This document shows positions 40,086-48,452 of a stretch of 64,000 nt of DNA, piece by piece; positions within the stretch are counted from its first letter, which is position 1; each line of letters opens with the position of its first letter. The notes under the pieces are model-generated. The model worked only from the letters and a program-made list of their open reading frames with translations. It had not been told where the DNA came from and made no database searches. A program made the translations under genes and the position numbers. Location of the stretch: sequence record MN871451.1; one strand, 5' to 3'.

Positions 40086-40568
40086 ATGACTCGTCCAAAA
40101 CTAATAAAAAGCGTAGAGACTATCACGGAACGTTTTAAAGAGACTTTCGTACAGATTAACGACAGCAGCGAGATTTATCGTTTGTGTCTGGAACACGAAC
40201 TCTATTTGTACAAAGGGAAAATGTTAGAGGCGCTCTACGACCAACGGCAAGGAGAGATTCCATGCCGAGCGATTTTCTACCGGGAAGACGCTGTTGTGGT
40301 ATTAATACCAGGGGAACGCGGGAACAAACGAGTCTGGGAAGGAATGCTTTACGTGAGGTCTAGTTATCGGGGAACCGGCTTAGCAGTAGAATTGGTAAAA
40401 GCGATTATGCCAGAGGCAGAGGATAAAGAAGTCTATTGGCATCCATGGGACTTGCAAAGCTGCGGCTTCTTTACGAAATTAAAACGAGAAGGAATTTTAA
40501 ACGAGACGCACTTCGACGACAAGGCGCGGGCCATGTTCAAAGCCGCCAACCTGGTTCGCCGCTGCTGA
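40086..40568 (+). CDS. GNAT-like acetyltransferase
   Basis: LYVRSSYRGTGLAVELV acetyl-CoA motif A; FFTKL. Confidence 0.6.
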   Translation: MTRPKLIKSVETITERFKETFVQINDSSEIYRLCLEHELYLYKGKMLEALYDQRQGEIPCRAIFYREDAVVVLIPGERGNKRVWEGMLYVRSSYRGTGLAVELVKAIMPEAEDKEVYWHPWDLQSCGFFTKLKREGILNETHFDDKARAMFKAANLVRRC

Positions 40569-40780
40569 TCGCCCCGCCGCCTATTCACTTATACCGAACG
40601 GCAATCTCTCTCCTGACGGAAGGAGGGAGAGTTTTATTTCTTTCTATCGAAAGATTCTTTAGTATCGTTAATTCAAGGATTAAATAAACTAAGAAATAAA
40701 TATTCCTAATCTATTCTCTCTAACGTTCGAATAGAGGAAATTAAAATTTTACTACTTTTATTATTATGAACAAAATTGAA

Positions 40781-40902
40781 ACCGGCAAGAAGAGAGGAGT
40801 GAAGGGAACGAGAGCGAGAGTAGTGTAGTAGACTCACACTCGTAGAGGGGGAGGATACGGAACGGAGCGAGATCGAGTAGACTGAACGACATCCTTGCCG
40901 GT
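40781..40902 (+). ncRNA. Candidate small RNA: 9-bp stem closing a 104-nt purine-rich loop
   Basis: ACCGGCAAG/CTTGCCGGT; TTATGAAC motif 10 nt upstream; no ORF. Confidence 0.35.
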
Positions 40903-41020
40903 TACTGGGGTTGACCTATTCTTTTAGGGTAATCATTTTTTAAATACTATTTGATTAACTATTTATCGGAGTCCGTGAGGGACTTCGTTTTATGCTCTTA
41001 AAATACCAAACGGAGGAGAA

Positions 41021-41701
41021 ATGACCGAAGCTCAGTTGTACGTACAAGATTGCTTAAAAACGTTGATTACATTATTTCATCTGACAGGACCGAAATACGA
41101 AACAGTCGACGAGAGTCGATTCATTCTCAGTAACGGGTGCTGTTATCAAGTTCGACAAGCGCTGAGTGTCGCGCTCCTGAAGAAAGGCTATAGCGCCGTC
41201 TGGAATGACCACGGCTGGCACGCGTGGATTGAGGTCGATGGGAAAGCCTTCGATTCGCTCCAACCCCTGGGCTATAGTACCAGTGTCAGCGAGTATTGGT
41301 TGGTCGGTGAGATGTTCCCGAATATGGATGTGGAACACGATGGTTCAGGGCACGTAGTGGATTGGGATAAAGTGGCACTCTCTCCCTACGCTCGTTTAAC
41401 TGTAGCGCTCAAAGCGTTTGTGCAGTACTACGGGTTGGCGGTAGAACCTCAAAGACGAAAAGCAAACCGTTACAAGCTCCGGCGGTTTCAAAGGCGTTTA
41501 GAAAAGAGACAGAAGGCAGGTACCGATGTCGTCGTGACGACCTATCCGATCTCCAGTCCGAACGCGTACTTTACTGACTCGATTGAACCTGTGGATAATG
41601 GTCGGGTATTGTTACCGTATCCGTATCGACTGAGTCATCGGTTTTGGATGTCACGGGTAAAAGACCTGAAGAAAAGAAATCTCCCTATTTGGCAACGTTA
41701 A
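41021..41701 (+). CDS. Hypothetical protein with papain/transglutaminase-like motifs
   Basis: NGCCY, HAWIEVDGKAFD. Confidence 0.55.
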   Translation: MTEAQLYVQDCLKTLITLFHLTGPKYETVDESRFILSNGCCYQVRQALSVALLKKGYSAVWNDHGWHAWIEVDGKAFDSLQPLGYSTSVSEYWLVGEMFPNMDVEHDGSGHVVDWDKVALSPYARLTVALKAFVQYYGLAVEPQRRKANRYKLRRFQRRLEKRQKAGTDVVVTTYPISSPNAYFTDSIEPVDNGRVLLPYPYRLSHRFWMSRVKDLKKRNLPIWQR

Positions 41702-41803
41702 CCATTTTCTTTGTTTAGAGATATCTTTGGTCGGGTTTGAAGAGAAAACCGCTGAGGATGGATTCTGTGAAGCATTTAACGATAATGAGAACAGGAGAAG
41801 AAA

Positions 41804-42247
41804 GTGGGTATTTTATATTTGCGGAAAGGGGATTTGTTTGAGGAAGAGGCTGAGGTCGTAAAGGTCGTAACCGTAAATTGCGTAGGGGCAATGGGTGCTG
41901 GAGTCGCCTTGACATGCAAGCAACGCTACCCTGAGGTCTACGCGCGGTATAGAGCGCAGTGCGATAAAGCCCAATGGAAACCAGGGAACGTCTGGTATAC
42001 GGAAGCGAACGACGGGACGCGACTGTTACTGGCGGCGACTAAAGACCATTGGCGTTACCCTTCTCGGTACCCGTGGGTAGAAGCCTGTTTAAAACGGATC
42101 GCAGTCTTTGTAGAACGGGAACAGGTCAACACGCTTGCATTAACGCATTTGGGCTGTGGTAACGGTAAGTTAGACCCGGTCATCGTGAGGAGGATGACAG
42201 ACGATGAATTGGGTGCAGCCTTAGTTGATGTTCATTTGTATTTTTAA
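41804..42247 (+). CDS. Macrodomain protein (DarG/TARG1-like ADP-ribosyl hydrolase)
   Basis: KGDLF, VNCVGAMGAGVA, TKDHWR, LGCGNGKL. Confidence 0.85.
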   Translation: MGILYLRKGDLFEEEAEVVKVVTVNCVGAMGAGVALTCKQRYPEVYARYRAQCDKAQWKPGNVWYTEANDGTRLLLAATKDHWRYPSRYPWVEACLKRIAVFVEREQVNTLALTHLGCGNGKLDPVIVRRMTDDELGAALVDVHLYF

Positions 42248-42256
42248 GGACGAAGG

Positions 42257-42622
42257 ATGAAAGTCACGATCGATATTACCGCTAACCAAACTCGACCGAT
42301 GTCAGGGTTCCTGAATGCGCCTCTGAGCATCGATCAGTTAGTTTTGGATAAGTACTACCTTATTGCAGTGAAAACGCCCTCAGAGATTCCTGAGGGTTAT
42401 TTAACGACCGCCAATGACTTCTTCGAAGAACAGCGGTTGATCGAAGAATGGAAACGACGGAATAATGTTGTTTATCAATCGGGACACCTTAAACATATCC
42501 GATTAGTGAAAATCATCGGGTACAGTGATCAGGGTTTTCCGATCGGATTAATCAGCGAAGGGAAATCTCAACCCTTAGTTACTATCCCTGACGAATACTT
42601 CAACAGACTCATTAAACACTAA
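42257..42622 (+). CDS. Hypothetical protein
   Basis: 121 aa ORF. Confidence 0.65.
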   Translation: MKVTIDITANQTRPMSGFLNAPLSIDQLVLDKYYLIAVKTPSEIPEGYLTTANDFFEEQRLIEEWKRRNNVVYQSGHLKHIRLVKIIGYSDQGFPIGLISEGKSQPLVTIPDEYFNRLIKH

Positions 42623-42635
42623 AAAGGAAAATAAC

Positions 42636-42878
42636 ATGACTTTAGCACTGATTGAACACGATCTGAAAAAGCTGGCGACGCTGGATGAAGAAACTTGTAA
42701 GAATTTTCGTAAACGTATTCGTGAAGCGTTACGTGAAAGAAAACGACTGCCTGTCGGGATCCGTAGCCAGATTGTCATTAATCAAACTTTCCTTCGCATG
42801 TTAGGTCAGAGAGATCTTTCCGGGTTAGAGAAAGTTGGGTTTGTCGTCAATTTGAAGTACGGGGAGAAGGTCGCATGA
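42636..42878 (+). CDS. Hypothetical protein
   Basis: 80 aa with AAGGA RBS. Confidence 0.65.
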   Translation: MTLALIEHDLKKLATLDEETCKNFRKRIREALRERKRLPVGIRSQIVINQTFLRMLGQRDLSGLEKVGFVVNLKYGEKVA

Positions 42879-43258
42879 AAAAGACACTGTATCGCACGGA
42901 GCAAGTAGAAGAAAATAATGATCTCGACATTTATTTCGATGGTAAAGATTTAGAGAACTCAATTGAACGGTTCAATCATCTTTTTGGAATAGATCAACAA
43001 GATCTCATTGCTGTACAATTTTTCAGTCAGCGAAATGGGGTTATGGTACGGCTACCGGGTGATTCTTTATTCCGATCCAACGTTGCTACCAGTACTCATT
43101 TTAATCCTTCATGGGATAAGAAGAAACGGAAAGAAACCGTGGTTGATTTATTTCGGCGTTTTGCTGAGGCCGAATATTGCTTTACCGATTTAGCCCTTGA
43201 CGATAGTCAAATAACTGAATATTTTCAAGAGGCTGCCCGGCGGTATATCGGAAGTTAA
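42875..43258 (+). CDS. Hypothetical protein
   Basis: 127 aa, ATGA coupling. Confidence 0.65.
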   Translation: MKKTLYRTEQVEENNDLDIYFDGKDLENSIERFNHLFGIDQQDLIAVQFFSQRNGVMVRLPGDSLFRSNVATSTHFNPSWDKKKRKETVVDLFRRFAEAEYCFTDLALDDSQITEYFQEAARRYIGS

Positions 43259-43363
43259 ATTTTCGATAAATGTACCTTTCAAATTGACACCGACTTTGGG
43301 GTAGGGTTATTAAGGAAACCTAAAGATCCGGAGTTAGCTGGGGTCATTGCCAATATTCGCAGA

Positions 43364-43846
43364 ATGAAGGAGCTTCAATTTTCGGTTAATTTACCAGAGG
43401 AACGTGTTATTGAACTCATTGATCGAGAGGTTAATTCTCTTTATCATGGCGATAACGAAGATGAGTTTGGACTGGGTGTTCCACTGGATCTTATTCTACG
43501 CAATCCAGAAAAATACCAGTTGGTCATCAGGCACTCTGGCTGGAATTTTGATCGTTTCGTTTTAGATCCATCCGATAATGTTTACAAAGATTATTTCGAT
43601 CACTACGAATCCTTAGATGGGATCGATACTCAAAGTAAACTCATCAACCTGATCGTTTCTCTTGGTTACGCGTATTATGAAAGACCCTCTATCAATCGTT
43701 ATAGGGATGTTCATAAATCAGATAGCGAGTTTAAGAAGGCGATTTTTTACCACAATTTGATCTTAAACGAATACCGTGACAGATCCTATTTCCCGATTAT
43801 TGAAACTGAATTATTTCGTTATCGGTTTATTGAGAAAAGTAATTAA
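43364..43846 (+). CDS. Hypothetical protein
   Basis: 160 aa or longer; the frame is open upstream. Confidence 0.6.
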   Translation: MKELQFSVNLPEERVIELIDREVNSLYHGDNEDEFGLGVPLDLILRNPEKYQLVIRHSGWNFDRFVLDPSDNVYKDYFDHYESLDGIDTQSKLINLIVSLGYAYYERPSINRYRDVHKSDSEFKKAIFYHNLILNEYRDRSYFPIIETELFRYRFIEKSN

Positions 43847-43992
43847 TATTTTTTAACGCTTTTTCTTTATATGTGAATCAAAGGTCGTTTTACTGGTCAC
43901 TTTGAGGGTAATGGTAAAAATAAAGTTTTGGGGGAAAGGGGGTGGTTTTAAATAATGCACCAATCCGAAACAGTTAGCTATTACGTACTGCA

Positions 43993-44040
43993 GGTACCTT
44001 CCTTAGAGAGAGTGAACACAGTGAACTCTCGGTTAAGGTA
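43993..44040. repeat. Structured intergenic element, copy 2 (first copy at 4213..4259)
   Basis: AGGTACCTTCCTTAGAG-[hairpin GAGAGT/ACTCTC]-CGGTTAAGGTA. Confidence 0.55.
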
Positions 44041-44182
44041 AAGAGGTACCGGAAGGGAGTAATACTCCTTCAAGTAATCTGATTGAAATGAAGATTACGC
44101 TGGTAGTTAACAATACGAATAATTGACCTGGAGAGAGAGTATAAAACTCTCCTCTGGGATTATGTCTCTTGAGGAGGAAAAG

Positions 44183-44857
44183 ATGAAGAAATCGTTGAGT
44201 ATTGAGGAGTTAGTGAAATGGACAAATACACAGACTGACTTATTAACTTTAACAAAGACTATTGTTGAAAGGTTAGAGTATCAGCATAAGCTGGGTCAAG
44301 CTAACCCTGAGATTGATAAGATGCTTGCGGAAACAAAAGCGATCTTAGCAGAGATCAAAAAGCTGAATATTGGCGTGGGGTTTTTATCCGGTATCCCACA
44401 AAGGAAATTAGCGGAGATGTACGAACTCTCTTCGGCCAGGATTTCTCAGATTATTAAAGAGTTAAAAGGCCCTAACATTATCGATTCTGAGCACAAAGAG
44501 ATAGAATTCATTCTGACTGAACTCCCTTGTTATTCAGCCGGAAATTGGCAGATAGCCATAGTTCCCCCAGAAAATTATAAGGCTCTGGGAGGTTTTCATA
44601 CGGATGATCAAGACTTCTTAGTCGAAAGGGGTTTAAAGGAGTTCCAAAATATTCCGTTTGAGGCATTTGGTTTCAGGGAAACTCACCGTCTACAACAGAG
44701 CGACCTTTTCCGTGATAACATCCAGATTATCAGGGATGCAGCAGAAAGGTTGTTCTCGTCCGAGAACAACCCTACAGAGAGCGTCGTGATTAAAGGTGAT
44801 TTTGCTCACAACACTCAAAGATGGATGTTTTATGTTTCATTGAAGGAAGAAAAATGA
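44183..44857 (+). CDS. HTH-containing protein
   Basis: GIPQRKLAEMYELSSARISQII sigma region 4-like HTH; start at ATG 44183 with GAGGAGG RBS. Confidence 0.6.
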   Translation: MKKSLSIEELVKWTNTQTDLLTLTKTIVERLEYQHKLGQANPEIDKMLAETKAILAEIKKLNIGVGFLSGIPQRKLAEMYELSSARISQIIKELKGPNIIDSEHKEIEFILTELPCYSAGNWQIAIVPPENYKALGGFHTDDQDFLVERGLKEFQNIPFEAFGFRETHRLQQSDLFRDNIQIIRDAAERLFSSENNPTESVVIKGDFAHNTQRWMFYVSLKEEK

Positions 44858-45219
44858 ATACCCCACAGATGACCAAAGTAAGAACGAAAGATATCACCCT
44901 GGGAACCCCCGCAGGTAACTTTGACTTCTACAACCCGAGTACGTTAGAAGAACTCGTTCCAGGGGACAATGTTATTTACATCAACAAAAAAGAAGGCGAC
45001 GGTTTCATGATGATCCCCTTCCAAACGTTAAACGAGGAGACCTTTGAACATTGCATTAAAGCCGTCGTTTACAACGAGTACGGTGTTTCAGCCGTCTTTT
45101 ACAAGGTCATTGATAACAGTAATGGGGTAATGGTTCTTCAGCCGTACTTTGAACGAGACGGTACTGAATTAGTTATTAACCGTTACGGCAGTGTAGAGAA
45201 GTCTACGGCAATCAATTGA
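44854..45219 (+). CDS. Hypothetical protein
   Basis: ATG 44854 coupled to the upstream stop. Confidence 0.65.
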   Translation: MNTPQMTKVRTKDITLGTPAGNFDFYNPSTLEELVPGDNVIYINKKEGDGFMMIPFQTLNEETFEHCIKAVVYNEYGVSAVFYKVIDNSNGVMVLQPYFERDGTELVINRYGSVEKSTAIN

Positions 45220-45243
45220 GTTTTAAAGGGAAAGGGAAAAGAA

Positions 45244-45585
45244 ATGACCAAAGAACCCTATTTGGATTTTAACCGATTAACTCAGGAGGATCATTACACT
45301 GCTCGTTTTGAGTTAATCGTGAATCAGCTTCAAAAGGATCTCTTACGTTTAAAGAAAGAAGATCCTCAGGACGTCGACCAGTATACACGCTTTATTCAAG
45401 AATCTGAAAAAGCCGAAGGGTTACGTCTCTTTATCGATTGGCTACGGAAAAGTAAAGAGGGTTGGCAGGATGATACTGTCATCCTGTACCATTCGCTGGA
45501 CAGAGCCACTTTTAACGCCCGGTGGGCAAAAGGAGTGTTAGAATTTATTAGACGCTACCGGGAATTTGATATACAGGAAAAATAA
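45244..45585 (+). CDS. Hypothetical protein
   Basis: 113 aa ORF. Confidence 0.65.
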   Translation: MTKEPYLDFNRLTQEDHYTARFELIVNQLQKDLLRLKKEDPQDVDQYTRFIQESEKAEGLRLFIDWLRKSKEGWQDDTVILYHSLDRATFNARWAKGVLEFIRRYREFDIQEK

Positions 45586-45629
45586 AAAATACCCCTCGAT
45601 AAAATTCATTACTTAACGGAGGAAATGAA

Positions 45630-45977
45630 ATGTACGGAATCAATCGATACAAAAAGGGTTACGTCGTGATGTACAATAAATATCAGTTGTCGATTAACGA
45701 CTTACCCATGGACAGAAAGGTCACGAGCTACGACGACGAATACCGTTATACGCATGAAACTGATCAATTTGGTTGTCGGACTTTCTCGGTGTATGAGACC
45801 GCAGAAGACGCTCAGCGCCACGCTGACGCGTTAAACGAGAAAGAACAGGAATTACTGGCCAAAGAAAGGGAACGTCTCTTAGAGCGTAATGGATCGCTGA
45901 GTAGTGCATTTAAACCCGTTGTCTTAGGGATTTTCATCGGTACGCTTTTTGGTATTGCTTTAGGGTTATTGGTTTAA
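45630..45977 (+). CDS. Hypothetical protein with C-terminal transmembrane anchor
   Basis: VVLGIFIGTLFGIALGLLV at the C-terminus. Confidence 0.7.
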   Translation: MYGINRYKKGYVVMYNKYQLSINDLPMDRKVTSYDDEYRYTHETDQFGCRTFSVYETAEDAQRHADALNEKEQELLAKERERLLERNGSLSSAFKPVVLGIFIGTLFGIALGLLV

Positions 45978-45989
45978 AGAGGGGACGAC

Positions 45990-46628
45990 ATGAGTCGAGT
46001 GTTGAATACAACTTTTCGGTACACGGATAAAAAACAATCGATTATCGGTGAAGTAGGTAAACACGGGGAGTTGGTAAAAGCCAGTATCTTCTTTGGTGAG
46101 CGCGCAATTGTGAGCTTAACCTGCGATATGCACAAAGTGCGTGACTTCGACGGGTTAATGGCAATAAATACCCAAGGGGAATTGTCGCAACTGATCGGGA
46201 TTTATTTCCACGGGAACTTATACCCCTATAGCTGGAAGACCTTAGCGGACGATATCGTCAAGTTGATTCACAAAGGGGTTGAGAAAGGGCGAAGTGCGCG
46301 AGTTATTTTCTCCTCGTTAAAATACGTTGATGCGTTACCCGAAAAAGGAATAGAAGTTCCTTACTTGTTGGGCGGCAAGACAAAGGTGTTTCGCGTTAAT
46401 TATTTCGGAAGTGCTTTTGTTGACGGGGAATTGGCGAATAAAGCCTTAGGAACAGATCGGCGTTTTATTGAAAAACAAGGTAGGGTAATAGCCAACCAAT
46501 TGAGTAAAGGCGAGGGGTTTGTGAAGTTTGTTTCAGGGAAAGGAAACGCCATGATTGGTGACAAGAAGACAAAAGCACAATTAGTCAGTAAAGTAGAGAA
46601 TCATCCTGTTTTAGTTCCCATTAATTAA
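45990..46628 (+). CDS. Hypothetical protein
   Basis: 212 aa with GAGGGG RBS. Confidence 0.7.
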   Translation: MSRVLNTTFRYTDKKQSIIGEVGKHGELVKASIFFGERAIVSLTCDMHKVRDFDGLMAINTQGELSQLIGIYFHGNLYPYSWKTLADDIVKLIHKGVEKGRSARVIFSSLKYVDALPEKGIEVPYLLGGKTKVFRVNYFGSAFVDGELANKALGTDRRFIEKQGRVIANQLSKGEGFVKFVSGKGNAMIGDKKTKAQLVSKVENHPVLVPIN

Positions 46629-46655
46629 ATCCATTTTTGTTCAAGGAGACAGTCA

Positions 46656-47924
46656 ATGTCCTTACATGCTTTCCGCGAAGAATCAGTAGAACTTCTAGCA
46701 CCTTGGGAAGAAGCAGTCGAAGAAGAAACTAATACTGAATTAGCTTCTCGTACTGCGATCTTTCATGAGCTATTATTGAATTACCCGCCGCTCAATGAAG
46801 CATCTCGTACTAAAAAGTACGAAGAAATTAAAGAATTCCACCGTCTGATTTTTAAAGGACTTTACCCCACGGTAGAACGAGTTAGCGAAAACTTAAATAG
46901 TCAGGTATTACTAATGCGTTTCTTTCAACTGCTTGAAAGGGAAGCAGTGAGTATTCAAACGTTCATTAACTACGAACGTCCTTTTGGTGATACGGCCTTT
47001 CAATTTGAAATGGAAGTACTGAAACTTTTCTTGGACAAAATGAATCAGTACGGAATCTATACTGAACCATTTAGCCACAGGAGCTTCTTTATCTTTCGTG
47101 ATGATAAAATTGTAGGGACATGCCAAATAGAAGATAATGGTAGTCAGCAAAGATTTCTTTACGTTGGTGACTTTTCGATCGGGAAAATCCTCAAAGATAT
47201 TTTCAACAGCTTCCAAAATAAAGAGAAGAATATTACCATTCGTCGGCTCTGTTTAACAGGTAACAATGATGTTCAAAGTCAGTATAAAACACTGAAACAA
47301 CGGCGCACAGTTACCGATCCAAAAGCCTTTTGGCCATTCGCACCCAAGTCACCTCGTGAGATGGCAGCCGAGTTTGAAGCCAGTGACTCGAACGTACTGA
47401 TTTTGTACGGCGAGCCAGGGTTAGGTAAGAGCCAATATATCGCCGAGATGATCAAGTGGAAAGACGAGAACTCTTACGGTACCGTATTTGTTTGCGACGA
47501 TAACCCGGTATTTAAATCACCGCGGTTTACACCTTACGTTCACGACATGCCAAGTAACAGCTGGTTAGTGACCGAAGATGCTCATGAAATGATCGAAGCA
47601 CGTGATATGGGTAACAGTCTGATGGCCGGGATACTGAATGCTGCCGAAGGGATCACCTCTGGTAATGTCAAATTCATTATCTCAACTAACATCACGTCGT
47701 TAAAAGACGTTGATCATGCCCTGTATCGTCCAGGTCGTACTTTACGCGTCATCCCGTTCAAAGCGTTAACAGCTGATCAAGCTAATGCCGCCCGCGCTGC
47801 GATAGGGCATCCTCCAATTGATTTCGGTAACGTGTCCAAACTCAGCTTAGCGGAAGCATTAAACTGGGAAGCGTATCAGGCGCTGCAAAGCGAGATCAAA
47901 CAAGGCGGCTTTATCGGTTGTTAA
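46656..47924 (+). CDS. AAA+ ATPase (paralog A)
   Basis: GEPGLGKS Walker A, LVTED Walker B, ISTN sensor 1, RPGR arginine finger. Confidence 0.85.
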   Translation: MSLHAFREESVELLAPWEEAVEEETNTELASRTAIFHELLLNYPPLNEASRTKKYEEIKEFHRLIFKGLYPTVERVSENLNSQVLLMRFFQLLEREAVSIQTFINYERPFGDTAFQFEMEVLKLFLDKMNQYGIYTEPFSHRSFFIFRDDKIVGTCQIEDNGSQQRFLYVGDFSIGKILKDIFNSFQNKEKNITIRRLCLTGNNDVQSQYKTLKQRRTVTDPKAFWPFAPKSPREMAAEFEASDSNVLILYGEPGLGKSQYIAEMIKWKDENSYGTVFVCDDNPVFKSPRFTPYVHDMPSNSWLVTEDAHEMIEARDMGNSLMAGILNAAEGITSGNVKFIISTNITSLKDVDHALYRPGRTLRVIPFKALTADQANAARAAIGHPPIDFGNVSKLSLAEALNWEAYQALQSEIKQGGFIGC

Positions 47925-47964
47925 CCGTATGGGCGGGAATTCCCGCCCCATGTCTATTTACGTA

Positions 47965-47980
47965 TATATCACTTACGTAG
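47965..47980 (+). promoter_or_regulatory. Putative early promoter
   Basis: TATATCAC-TTACGTAG upstream of ATG 48004. Confidence 0.5.
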
Positions 47981-48003
47981 ATACCCTAAGGAGTCCAAAT
48001 GAC

Positions 48004-48348
48004 ATGGCACGCAAAACGAAGTTTAATAGTCTCGATCGCCAAACGTATCGTTTAGGTCGCCAGATCGAACGTGAGCGGTTATTTCCTGAATTCAGTGCAG
48101 AGCTTTCTCCTACAGTCTTAAGGGTACGCGGGCTTTCTGATGAAGAAATAGCCCATGTTTTAGAATGTCCCGTAGGAGACGTTGAGAAAGTTATCGAATT
48201 TGACCGCCACACTGCCGCAGTGAGTGCAGGGTCGGATAAAACGCTTGTGAAGGAATTAGCGTCGGTTGACAAAGCGCTCGCCGAGATGGAAGTACAACTC
48301 AGTATTTTGGAAACCGGGATGAGACCCCCAAGTAGGAAAAAGAAATGA
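48004..48348 (+). CDS. Small HTH plus coiled-coil protein
   Basis: RGLSDEEIAHVLECPVGDV; AAGGAG RBS before ATG 48004. Confidence 0.6.
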   Translation: MARKTKFNSLDRQTYRLGRQIERERLFPEFSAELSPTVLRVRGLSDEEIAHVLECPVGDVEKVIEFDRHTAAVSAGSDKTLVKELASVDKALAEMEVQLSILETGMRPPSRKKK

Positions 48349-48425
48349 TCGTGCTGACCATTGAAGATGTCATCTGCGAAAAGTGCTACGGGAGTATTTT
48401 CTCTGGTGGTTGTACTTGTCAATAA
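48345..48425 (+). CDS. Possible 26-aa Cys-rich microprotein
   Basis: MIVLTIEDVICEKCYGSIFSGGCTCQ; ATGA-coupled. Confidence 0.3.
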   Translation: MIVLTIEDVICEKCYGSIFSGGCTCQ

Positions 48426-48452
48426 CTAACTTTGTTTAATAAGGAAATCTAA

